Below the pieces are notes generated by a model that saw only the letters and a program-made list of their open reading frames with translations, did not search any database and had not been told where the DNA came from. From an uncultured bacterium (GTDB lineage: Bacteria; Patescibacteriota; Minisyncoccia; Phycocordibacterales; JAACPR01): a DNA stretch of 64,000 bases. The stretch is taken from NCBI GenBank assembly GCA_937858275.1, contig CALLZK010000024.1, positions 1,567 through 65,566 on the forward strand, read 5' to 3'. The position numbers and the translations under genes were made by a program. Positions 1 to 7,833 of this stretch are shown here, one piece after another. How positions within the stretch are numbered: position 1 is the stretch's first letter; each line of letters begins with the position of its first letter.

Positions 1-1
1 G

Positions 2-127
2 GCAAAAAATTTGGTTAATAGTATGAAGATTGAAGTGATTTGCAAAGAAAATAATTTGGCAAAAATGCTTGATATAAAATTAATTGATTATAAAACTGCT
101 CTAAAGTTGGCTTTGAGTAATCAATAA
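2..127 (+). CDS. 3' end of an unidentified upstream gene (partial; 5' end outside the window)
   Basis: Open frame from the window edge to TAA at 125-127 (..LVNSMKIEVICKENNLAKMLDIKLIDYKTALKLALSNQ*). No recognisable family. Confidence 0.2.
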   Translation, partial: AKNLVNSMKIEVICKENNLAKMLDIKLIDYKTALKLALSNQ

Positions 128-180
128 TTTATTTTAAAAAAAATTGTTTTTTTAATCAAAAATTGTTATAAATAAAAGTT

Positions 181-822
181 ATGAAAAATAATTTTTTAAT
201 TTTATCAATAATTGTAATTTTAATAGCGATTATTGGAATTTTTTATTTTAAATTTAATAGCAGAGAAAATAATCAAGATATAAAAGAAAATAATCAAGCA
301 AAAATAATTGATAATAATCAACAAAAAAATAATATGGAAAATATAAAAGCAACATTAAAAACAAATTTAGGAGAAATTGTATTAGAATTATACCCAAATA
401 AAGCCCCAAAAACAGTTGATAATTTTGTCACATTGGCAAAATCTGGTTTTTATGACGGAACAAGATTTCATAGGGTTATAAAAGATTTCATGATTCAGGG
501 AGGAGATCCGTTATCAAAAGATATTTCAAAAATAGATTTTTGGGGAACCGGTGGACCTGATTATGTTTTTGAAGATGAAAAAAATAATGTTCGATTGGTC
601 GAAGGGGTCATTGCAATGGCAAATCGTGGGCCAAACACAAATGGTAGTCAATTTTTTATAATTACTGCTCCACAAACTGATTATCTTTTTGGAAAACATA
701 CTGGCTTTGGAAAAGTTGTTGAGGGAATGGATATTGTTTTTAAAATAAGTTCTGTCCAAACTTTGACTCAAAATGATAGACCTATTGAAGATGTTGTTTT
801 GGAAAAAATAATAATTGAATAA
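181..822 (+). CDS. cyclophilin-type peptidyl-prolyl cis-trans isomerase with N-terminal membrane anchor
   Basis: N-terminal TM helix, then a cyclophilin core: 'FHRVIKDFMIQGGDP', 'GPNTNGSQFFI'. Confidence 0.9.
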   Translation: MKNNFLILSIIVILIAIIGIFYFKFNSRENNQDIKENNQAKIIDNNQQKNNMENIKATLKTNLGEIVLELYPNKAPKTVDNFVTLAKSGFYDGTRFHRVIKDFMIQGGDPLSKDISKIDFWGTGGPDYVFEDEKNNVRLVEGVIAMANRGPNTNGSQFFIITAPQTDYLFGKHTGFGKVVEGMDIVFKISSVQTLTQNDRPIEDVVLEKIIIE

Positions 823-852
823 ATAATCTAATATAAAATTGGCATAATCAAC

Positions 853-1890
853 ATGTTAGATTTTGGTATAAAATCAATTAAATCAATACCAACACCAGAT
901 GGGCTGAGAGAAGAATTTCCGTTACCAAAAGAAATTTTTTCAAAAGTTGTTAATCCTGCCAGAGAAACAATAAAAGCGATAATTGATGGTGAGGACACTC
1001 GTCTTTTATTATTAGTTGGACCTTGTTCTGTTCATAATGCCGATGAAGCATTTGAATATGCCAAAAAACTTTCTGAATTAATTCCTAAAGTTAAAGACAA
1101 AATTTTTATTGCCATGAGAGTTTGTCTTGATAAACCACGAACTGGTCGTGGATGGACTGGATTTTTTCAAGATCCAGACTTGAATGAATCTAGAAATATT
1201 GATAAGGGGTGGAGAGAAGGAAGAAAACTTATAATAAAAATTTTATCATTAGGCATTCCTGTTTCTATGGAATTACTTGATGTTGATGCTCGTCAAAATC
1301 TTGATGATGTAGTTAGTTATTGGTGGATCGGGGCAAGAACTACAACATCGCAGAGATTGCGAGAAATAGCTAGTGGTCTATCGGCACCTGTTGGTTTTAA
1401 AAATCCTACTGATGGCAAAATTGATTCAGCAGTTGAAGCAATTGATACTGCAAGACACGAAGCATCTTTTGTGGCGGCAAATGGTAAGGGTGTTCGTTGT
1501 GTATATTATACTTGTGGTAATAAAAATGGTCATTTAATTCTTCGTGGATTTGATGGAGGACCAAATTATTCAGCTAAAGATGTTTCTGATGCTATAAAAA
1601 AACTTGCCAATCGTGGTTTACCACAAAAAGTTTTGATTGATGTGTCTCATGCTAATTCTGGTAAAGATTATCGTAAGCAAAAAGATATTATTACAGAAAT
1701 TGGTACAAGAATCGCTTCGGGAGAAAAGGGAATCGCTGGTTTTTTGTATGAAAGTTATTTACAAGAGGGAAATCAAAAAATTCCAAAAGATATTGCATCA
1801 ATCAAACCAAATGTTTCAGTAACTGATAGCTGTGATAGTTTTGAAACAACAGAAAAAGTTATTTTATCTCTCAGAGAAATTTTAAAATAG
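853..1890 (+). CDS. 3-deoxy-7-phosphoheptulonate (DAHP) synthase, class I (AroG/F/H-like)
   Basis: 'LLLVGPCSVH', 'KPRTGRGW', 'GARTTTSQ', 'VSHANSGKDY', typical of class I-alpha DAHP synthases. Start ATG at 853 is about 5 nt after a TGGCATAAT extended -10 (839-848), so the transcript may be nearly leaderless. Confidence 0.85.
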   Translation: MLDFGIKSIKSIPTPDGLREEFPLPKEIFSKVVNPARETIKAIIDGEDTRLLLLVGPCSVHNADEAFEYAKKLSELIPKVKDKIFIAMRVCLDKPRTGRGWTGFFQDPDLNESRNIDKGWREGRKLIIKILSLGIPVSMELLDVDARQNLDDVVSYWWIGARTTTSQRLREIASGLSAPVGFKNPTDGKIDSAVEAIDTARHEASFVAANGKGVRCVYYTCGNKNGHLILRGFDGGPNYSAKDVSDAIKKLANRGLPQKVLIDVSHANSGKDYRKQKDIITEIGTRIASGEKGIAGFLYESYLQEGNQKIPKDIASIKPNVSVTDSCDSFETTEKVILSLREILK

Positions 1891-1974
1891 TTTTTCAAAA
1901 TATTTTGATTTACACGATTCTTTTTTAATTTTTTAATGAAAGTGTTTATGGGGTGTTGGGGGCATAAGGAGTAT

Positions 1975-2003
1975 TTGACAAAGTTATTTATTTATGCTAG
2001 TAT
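1975..2003 (+). promoter_or_regulatory. sigma70-like promoter TTGACA-17nt-TAGTAT for the small GC-rich gene
   Basis: TTGACA 1975-1980, 17-nt spacer, TAGTAT 1998-2003. A 5'-UTR hairpin TACCGG-CAAAT-CCGGTA (about 2029-2045) lies just upstream of a strong SD (GGAAGGAG). Confidence 0.5.
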
Positions 2004-2058
2004 CATGGTCGAATTGAACAAAAAAATTACCGGCAAATCCGGTAGGAAGGAGATAGTA

Positions 2059-2373
2059 ATGAATAAATTGTTAAGTGGTCTTTTAATTGTTTTGGTGGTA
2101 TTTTTTATCACCACGGTCGCAGATGCCGTCGTCGTCCCCAAACTTGTTTCTATTGAGATTCAAAACAATGAAATTTGGGTGGTTTTTGATCGCGGCACCA
2201 ACACCCAATTTCGTTTGGAGCGGGCAGTTGGGGCGGATGGTGTTTACCAGCCCTTTACTCCGGGCGAAATTGTGGCGACGGAGTTTCCGGCCCCCAACCT
2301 TGTCCGTTGGCGACTAAATCCGGCGGTACTTGGTACCGCCCAAAGAACTTTTCGGGTCGCTACCTTACCGTAG
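2059..2373 (+). CDS. small secreted protein (104 aa) of unknown function, in a about 50% GC island
   Basis: ATG at 2059 is preceded by 'aggaaGGAGatagta'. Signal peptide 'MNKLLSGLLIVLVVFFITTVADA'. Stop TAG at 2371-2373. Codon usage is GC-rich, unlike its neighbours. The ORF track extends it to 1936. Confidence 0.6.
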   Translation: MNKLLSGLLIVLVVFFITTVADAVVVPKLVSIEIQNNEIWVVFDRGTNTQFRLERAVGADGVYQPFTPGEIVATEFPAPNLVRWRLNPAVLGTAQRTFRVATLP

Positions 2374-2390
2374 CAACTCAAAAATTCTTT

Positions 2391-2428
2391 AAACCCGAGC
2401 AGAATTAATTTTCTGTCTCGGGTTTCAC
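2391..2428 (+). terminator. rho-independent terminator (CCCGAGCAGA...TCTGTCTCGGG + T-run)
   Basis: Inverted repeat with one bulge, followed by TTT. It lies 18 nt after the 2373 stop. Confidence 0.6.
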
Positions 2429-2433
2429 TTTAT

Positions 2434-2462
2434 TTGACATATTGTTTTAAATATGATATTAT
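2434..2462 (+). promoter_or_regulatory. sigma70-like promoter TTGACA-17nt-TATTAT for the 2511 gene
   Basis: TTGACA 2434-2439, 17-nt spacer, TATTAT 2457-2462. Confidence 0.5.
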
Positions 2463-2510
2463 AAAAGACGAAACAAAATTTATTTATTTTGTTTAATTTA
2501 TTTAAAAATA

Positions 2511-3509
2511 ATGAAATTAAAAATTATGAAAAATAGTTTAAAAGTTTTTACAGCAATTATTGTTTTATTGCTGGCTGTTTTTGTTTCTTCAAATTCTGTT
2601 AGTGCAGAAGAAGAACTAAATACAGAAATTGAAAACACAAATAAGGCAGAAGAAATTTCACAAATTTCCGCATTTTCAACTGAATCAGAAGAAATTGCTG
2701 AAGAAGAAGAAATTTTGCCACTAAGATTCATTTCTTGTTATCCGATAGAAGTAAACAGCAACACCGGTTTTAGAGTTGATTGGAGAGCGGAAATAACAGG
2801 TGGATCTGGTTCTTATAATTTATCATGGTCTGGAACTGACGGTTTATCTGGAAATTCCACATTGACTTCAATTGTTTATAATACAATTGGTTCAAAAACC
2901 GCTTCAGTTTCAAACATTGCTTCAACAGATGGACAAGTTTTGTTTGAAACATTTAATTGTTCTGGTTCTGTGACTGTATATCAAGCACCAGAAAATATTA
3001 CAAATACTCCAAACAATCCAAGTTCTGGCGGTTCAACTGGTGGTGGAAATATTACAACTGAAGATGGACAAGTTATTATAAATGACGGTTCTTCAAATAA
3101 TGTTCCAACACGAGGAGGGGGTGGGGGATCGGGTAGAGGAATTGATGAAGATACATCAAATTTAACAGAAGAACAAATGTTAGCATTAATATCTATACTT
3201 GCCATTTCTTCAACACCAACCTCAAATCCTGTTTTACCGACACAAATTTCTGCCATTTCAAATATTGTAAATAATCAAAATCAAGATTCCGATCTTGAAT
3301 TGGTTGAAATATTAGATGCAGAAATTGCTTTAGAAAATTCTGAAAATGAAAATCAAGGATTTCTATTGGCGGCGGTCAGTAATTTGGGTTCTGGAATATA
3401 TCAATTTGTTCTAAATAATTGGCTATGGCTAATAATAGCAATTTTGCTGATTGGATTTGTAATTTGGTTTATCTTAGTTAAAAGAAGAAAAGATCAAGAA
3501 CAAAAATAA
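2511..3509 (+). CDS. secreted or surface protein with signal peptide, acidic and Gly/Ser/Thr-rich low-complexity regions and a C-terminal TM anchor followed by KRRK
   Basis: Signal peptide 'MKLKIMKNSLKVFTAIIVLLLAVFVSSNSVSA'. Run 'GGGGGSGRG'. C-terminal 'LWLIIAILLIGFVIWFILVKRRKDQEQK'. Confidence 0.7.
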   Translation: MKLKIMKNSLKVFTAIIVLLLAVFVSSNSVSAEEELNTEIENTNKAEEISQISAFSTESEEIAEEEEILPLRFISCYPIEVNSNTGFRVDWRAEITGGSGSYNLSWSGTDGLSGNSTLTSIVYNTIGSKTASVSNIASTDGQVLFETFNCSGSVTVYQAPENITNTPNNPSSGGSTGGGNITTEDGQVIINDGSSNNVPTRGGGGGSGRGIDEDTSNLTEEQMLALISILAISSTPTSNPVLPTQISAISNIVNNQNQDSDLELVEILDAEIALENSENENQGFLLAAVSNLGSGIYQFVLNNWLWLIIAILLIGFVIWFILVKRRKDQEQK

Positions 3510-3540
3510 AGATTATAAAAAATTAAACAAAATATTTATC

Positions 3541-3570
3541 AAAAAACCGCATTAATTGCGGTTTTTTGTA
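3541..3570. terminator. bidirectional hairpin terminator (AAACCGCA-TTAAT-TGCGGTTT flanked by A and T runs)
   Basis: Perfect 8-bp inverted repeat with an A-run upstream and a T-run downstream. Confidence 0.6.
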
Positions 3571-3592
3571 TGTATTGTATTATTAAAAAAAT

Positions 3593-4357
3593 ATGGTTTA
3601 TAAAAACAATAAAAATACTAGTTGGGGTCAGGTCGCAAATTGGTACGATTCTTATTTAAAAAAAGAAGATTCCTACCAATCAGTTGTTATCTGGCCAAAT
3701 TTAAAAAGATTGGTTGATCTAAAACCAAATGAATCAATGCTTGAAATCGCTTGTGGTCAAGGGTTTTTTCTAAATAAATTTTATGATTTTTCAAAAAATA
3801 TTTTTGGTATTGATATTGGTTCTGACTTAATAAAGATCGCCCAAAAAAATAATCCAAAAATAAAATATGCAATTGCTAATGCCGAAGATTTAAATGTTTT
3901 TCCTGATACAAAATTTGATGTCATAAATATTATTTTGGCTTTACAGAACATAAAAAATCTCGATGCAGTTTCGGTTAATATTTCTAGAATGTTAAAAGAC
4001 GGCGGAAGAGCTTTCATAGTTTTAAACCATCCATTTTTTAGAATTCCTCAAAAAAGCGATTGGCATTATGATGCCAAAAAAAATCTTCAAGGTCGAATAG
4101 TTGATTCCTATATGAGTAATTTTGAAATTAAAATAAATATGCACCCCGGTAAAGATTCAAAATACACATATTCTTTTCATCGACCACTTCAGGTTTATTC
4201 AAAATCTTTTGCCAAAAATAATTTAGCTATTTTCAAAATTGAAGAATGGGTTTCTCACAAAAAAAGTCAAAAAGGTCAAAGATCTTCAGCCGAAGATCGT
4301 GCCAGAAAAGAATTTCCAATGTTTATGTGTTTGGAATTAAGAAAAATAAGTATATAA
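3593..4357 (+). CDS. class I SAM-dependent methyltransferase
   Basis: Motif I-like 'LEIACGQGFF' and a Rossmann-type methyltransferase layout. Substrate unknown. Confidence 0.7.
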   Translation: MVYKNNKNTSWGQVANWYDSYLKKEDSYQSVVIWPNLKRLVDLKPNESMLEIACGQGFFLNKFYDFSKNIFGIDIGSDLIKIAQKNNPKIKYAIANAEDLNVFPDTKFDVINIILALQNIKNLDAVSVNISRMLKDGGRAFIVLNHPFFRIPQKSDWHYDAKKNLQGRIVDSYMSNFEIKINMHPGKDSKYTYSFHRPLQVYSKSFAKNNLAIFKIEEWVSHKKSQKGQRSSAEDRARKEFPMFMCLELRKISI

Positions 4358-4364
4358 TAATTAA

Positions 4365-4742
4365 ATGAAATTTTACGATTATGTTTTGTGGAAAAGGAAA
4401 TATGTTGATTTGTGGACAATACCTCATTTTTTGATTGGTGTATTATTTGCTTTTTATGCAATTTGGGCCGATATGCCAATTTTAACAAGTTTTTATATAA
4501 TGACTTTAGTGGCTGTTTTGTGGGAAATATTTGAGATAAAATTTGATTTACACGAAGAATTTACAAATAGAATATCCGATGTTTTTTCTTCAATTACAGG
4601 TTTTTATTTATCGATAGTTTTGATTGATTTTTTTCAATTATCTGGAAAAACTTTTGAATTTTGGTTTTTAATTTTCATTTTTATTTATGTTGTTATTAAT
4701 ATTTTTGGATGGTGGTGTCATTATCTAAGAATAAAAAAATAA
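4365..4742 (+). CDS. small polytopic membrane protein (about 4 TM), function unknown
   Basis: Hydrophobic segments throughout. No recognisable motif. Confidence 0.5.
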   Translation: MKFYDYVLWKRKYVDLWTIPHFLIGVLFAFYAIWADMPILTSFYIMTLVAVLWEIFEIKFDLHEEFTNRISDVFSSITGFYLSIVLIDFFQLSGKTFEFWFLIFIFIYVVINIFGWWCHYLRIKK

Positions 4743-4800
4743 ATCCCCTTATTATTTTAATGTTTTTATGATTTTCAGATATATGTTATAATTTTTTATT

Positions 4801-5253
4801 ATGACAATACAAGAAACAATAAAAGAAGGTATAAAAACCGCCATGAAGTCAAAAGACGAAATCAGACTATCTGTTTTAAGAGGTCTTTCGGCTTCTTTTA
4901 CAAATGAATTAGTTAATTTAAAAAGAACACCACAAGACAAATTATCAGACGAAGAGGCCTTAAAAGTTATTACACGAGCTTCCAAACAAAGAAAAGATTC
5001 AATTGAGCAATTTGAAAAAGGTGGTCGTCCAGAGCTTGCAGAATCAGAAAAAGCCGAACTAAAAATCATAGAAGAATTTTTACCTCAGTTAATGTCTGAA
5101 GAAGAAATTAGAGCTTATGTTTTGGCAAAAAAAGATGAAATGGGAATAAACTCAAAAGAGCAATTTGGACAATTTATGGGTGCCATTATGTCTGGTCTGA
5201 AGGGTAAGGCAGATGGTTCTATTGTCAAAAAAGTCATAGAAGAAAGTTTATAA
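4801..5253 (+). CDS. GatB/YqeY-domain protein
   Basis: 'LRGLSASFTNE', 'KGGRPELAESE', and a C-terminal GatB/YqeY-like helical region. Confidence 0.8.
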   Translation: MTIQETIKEGIKTAMKSKDEIRLSVLRGLSASFTNELVNLKRTPQDKLSDEEALKVITRASKQRKDSIEQFEKGGRPELAESEKAELKIIEEFLPQLMSEEEIRAYVLAKKDEMGINSKEQFGQFMGAIMSGLKGKADGSIVKKVIEESL

Positions 5254-5257
5254 TTTT

Positions 5258-6343
5258 ATGGAAATATTTTTTTTGATTATAATAGTTATTTTGTTTATTT
5301 TAAACATTGCAATAGTTTTTTTCTTTCTGAAAAAGGGAAATGGTAGTGATAAAAATGATCAAAATAGCATGCAGCTTTTGTTGCAACATCTAAATGATCT
5401 AAATAAAACAGTTGATCAAAAATTAACAGAATCACGAAAAGACATGATTGAATCTATAAAATTTCAATCAGGCGAATCTCAAAAAACCATTGAAAATGTT
5501 AATGAGGAATCAAAAAAAATAATTAGAGAAATGACTGAAAAATTAACTAGGTTAGATGAAACAAACAAACAAGTTCTAAATTTTTCAGATCAACTTAAAA
5601 AACTTCAAGACACATTAACAAATCCAAAACAAAGAGGAATTTTGGGGGAATATTTTTTGGAAGAAACACTAAAAAATGTTTTACCGCCAAATTCTTATCA
5701 AATGCAATACAAATTCAAAAATGGAGAAATTGTTGATGCTGTTGTTTTTGTTAAAGAAAAAATAATTCCAATTGATTCAAAATTTTCTTTAGAAAACTAT
5801 CAAAGACTCATTGAAGAAGGCGATCCTACAAGAAAAGAAGAAATTCAAAAAATCTTCAAAGAAGATTTGAAAAAAAGAATTGACGAGACCTCAAAGTATG
5901 TTAGACCAGAAGAAAATACTATGGAATTTGCATTTATGTTTATACCTTCAGAATCTATTTATTATGATTTGTTGATTAATAAAGTTGGAACAACAAAAGT
6001 TTCAACAAGAGATTTGATCGAATATGCATTCAAAGAAAAACATGTCGTTATAGTTTCACCAACAAGTTTTTTGGCTTACTTACAAACAGTTTTACAAGGA
6101 CTTAGGGCAATGCAAATTGAAGAATCAGCCAAAGATATTAGAAAAAAAGTTGAAGGTTTGGCCAAACATATTTCCAATTACGATGAATATTTAAAAAAAT
6201 TAGGCGGACATCTTTCTACAACTGTTAATACATACAATATTGCATACAAAGAATTTAAAAAAATAGACAAAGATGTTGTGAAAATTTCAGATAAGGGTGG
6301 AGAAGTCGAGGTTTTGGAATTATCAAAACCAGAAATAGAATAA
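5258..6343 (+). CDS. rmuC: DNA recombination protein RmuC
   Basis: N-terminal TM, coiled coil, and the RmuC core 'FAFMFIPSESIYYDLL'. Confidence 0.85.
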   Translation: MEIFFLIIIVILFILNIAIVFFFLKKGNGSDKNDQNSMQLLLQHLNDLNKTVDQKLTESRKDMIESIKFQSGESQKTIENVNEESKKIIREMTEKLTRLDETNKQVLNFSDQLKKLQDTLTNPKQRGILGEYFLEETLKNVLPPNSYQMQYKFKNGEIVDAVVFVKEKIIPIDSKFSLENYQRLIEEGDPTRKEEIQKIFKEDLKKRIDETSKYVRPEENTMEFAFMFIPSESIYYDLLINKVGTTKVSTRDLIEYAFKEKHVVIVSPTSFLAYLQTVLQGLRAMQIEESAKDIRKKVEGLAKHISNYDEYLKKLGGHLSTTVNTYNIAYKEFKKIDKDVVKISDKGGEVEVLELSKPEIE

Positions 6344-6362
6344 TTTTTTAATTTTAAATTTT

Positions 6363-6386
6363 AAAGCCCCGAACTCTCGAGGCTTT
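6363..6386. terminator. hairpin between convergent genes (AAAGCC..CGA/TCG..GGCTTT)
   Basis: Interrupted 9-bp stem between the rmuC stop (6343) and the 6403 minus-gene stop. Confidence 0.4.
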
Positions 6387-6402
6387 GAAATTTATATTTG
6401 AA

Positions 6403-6717
6403 TTAATCTCTGGCAAACATCATGTGAAATTGTTTTGGTAAATCTGTGATTGAATTTGATTCCAAACAAACCCACACATTGCCAGTTTTTTTGATGGCAA
6501 AAATATTACAAATCAAACCATTTTGCATTATTGGTATTGCAATAAAATCAATTTCCAAATCTTCATCCTCAATTTGAATTCGATGTTTTTCTACTTCATT
6601 TTTGAGGTATTCTGGATTTGGTATTGTAAAATTATTGCTTAGGTAATGTCTTATGGTCAAAGACACGGTGTCTTTGTGTGTTTTTTGCAAAACTGTATGT
6701 TTTGATAGTGTCTGCAT
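6403..6717 (-). CDS. hypothetical small protein (104 aa)
   Basis: ATG at 6717 is preceded by 'aaaaaGGAGtaaa'. The longer track ORF (to 6960) would run through the rplU promoter and coding start, so the shorter version is preferred. Confidence 0.45.
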   Translation of the reverse strand: MQTLSKHTVLQKTHKDTVSLTIRHYLSNNFTIPNPEYLKNEVEKHRIQIEDEDLEIDFIAIPIMQNGLICNIFAIKKTGNVWVCLESNSITDLPKQFHMMFARD

Positions 6718-6830
6718 TTTACTCCTTTTTTGTTGAATGTTCAAAAATCTAATTACATTTTTAGCATTTTGTAAAAAATAGTCAAAAATTTTCTTTAGGA
6801 AAAATTTAACCCGTCTTATACAATTCTTTC

Positions 6831-6859
6831 TTGCAAAATTAATCAATTTGGTGTAATAT
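6831..6859 (+). promoter_or_regulatory. sigma70-like promoter TTGCAA-17nt-TAATAT for rplU
   Basis: TTGCAA 6831-6836, 17-nt spacer, TAATAT 6854-6859. Confidence 0.5.
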
Positions 6860-6909
6860 GATATTCCAACATGCAAAAAACAACTAAAACACAAGAAACA
6901 AGCAACAAA

Positions 6910-7221
6910 ATGGCCGTTATTAGAACAGGTGGAAGGCAATTTTGTGTAAAAGAGGGGCAAATTATAAAAATTGAAAAATTACCACAAGAATCTATAAAAA
7001 ATTCAAAAGATATAATATTTGAAGATGTTTTACTAGTTTCTGAGGGGGAAAATGTTCAAATTGGTACACCAAATATAAAATCAAAAGTATCTGCTGAACT
7101 AATAGAATCAGCTAGAGACAAAAAAGTTATAGTCATACATTACAAAGCAAAATCTCGATATTTCAAAAAAAATGGCCACAGACAGCCATACATGAAAGTC
7201 AAAATTTCAAATATTTCCTAA
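6910..7221 (+). CDS. rplU: 50S ribosomal protein L21
   Basis: 'MAVIRTGGRQFCVKEGQII' matches the L21 N-terminus. An in-frame ATG at 6871 would add 13 residues and leave almost no leader after the promoter. Confidence 0.85.
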   Translation: MAVIRTGGRQFCVKEGQIIKIEKLPQESIKNSKDIIFEDVLLVSEGENVQIGTPNIKSKVSAELIESARDKKVIVIHYKAKSRYFKKNGHRQPYMKVKISNIS

Positions 7222-7832
7222 AACCTATTTTTTAGTGCATTTTTGATTGTTTCTTTGTCAGAATATTCAAGTTCTGTTCCAGTAGATAAACCTCTGCCTA
7301 ATATGCTTATTTTTATTGAATAGTCTTTTAGCATTTCTTTTAATTCTTTTTTGATTATTTCGGCAGTATTATCTCCTTCGGGATTTGCACTAAGTGCTAT
7401 AATAATTTCTTTTAAAAAATCTTTTTTATTTTTTATTTCATTTGATAATTCAAATAATCTTATTTTGTTTTGTGGTTCTTTGTCTAAAACCGGGACCAAG
7501 CCTCCAAGGACAAAATAATAACCATTAAAAGTATTGCTTTTTTCTATAGAAATTAGATCAACATCTCTTGCAACAATCATCAAAATTTCAAAATTTCTAT
7601 TTTTGTCAGAACAAATGTTGCAAATGTTTTGATTTTGATTTTCAGAAATATAAAATCTTTTGCATGATTGGCAATTTTTAACTTTTTGATTTAGTTCCGG
7701 TATAAGTCTTGAAAGTTTATCAAGATAACTGTTTTTTTGTTTTAAAAGGTAATACACAAATCTTTCGGCTTGTCTTGGGCCGACTCCTGGAAATTTTCTA
7801 AATATTTCTGTAAGTTCTTCTATTATATTCAT
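7218..7832 (-). CDS. recR: recombination protein RecR
   Basis: HhH 'FPGVGPRQAERFVYYLL', a C4 zinc finger 'CQSCKRF...CNICSD', and a Toprim region. The chosen start (7832) abuts the dnaB stop. The track start at 7910 would overlap dnaB by 77 nt. Confidence 0.8.
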   Translation of the reverse strand: MNIIEELTEIFRKFPGVGPRQAERFVYYLLKQKNSYLDKLSRLIPELNQKVKNCQSCKRFYISENQNQNICNICSDKNRNFEILMIVARDVDLISIEKSNTFNGYYFVLGGLVPVLDKEPQNKIRLFELSNEIKNKKDFLKEIIIALSANPEGDNTAEIIKKELKEMLKDYSIKISILGRGLSTGTELEYSDKETIKNALKNRF

Positions 7833-7833
7833 A

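Noticed and set aside
1936-2373. GC-rich segment as a structured RNA (SRP, tmRNA or RNase P) rather than a protein gene
   Set aside because: There are no conserved RNase P (GGAAAGUCCGG), tmRNA (tag reading frame, TTCGATTCC end) or SRP domain-IV motifs. Only a loose resemblance of 'CCGGTAGGAAGGAG' to SRP helix 8 was seen. By contrast there is a clean ORF with promoter, SD, signal peptide and terminator.
6718-6960. N-terminal 81 codons of the 185-aa minus-strand ORF (6403-6960)
   Set aside because: It would run antisense through the rplU promoter and the first 30 codons of rplU. The internal ATG at 6717, with GGAG 4 nt upstream, gives a sensible 104-aa product.
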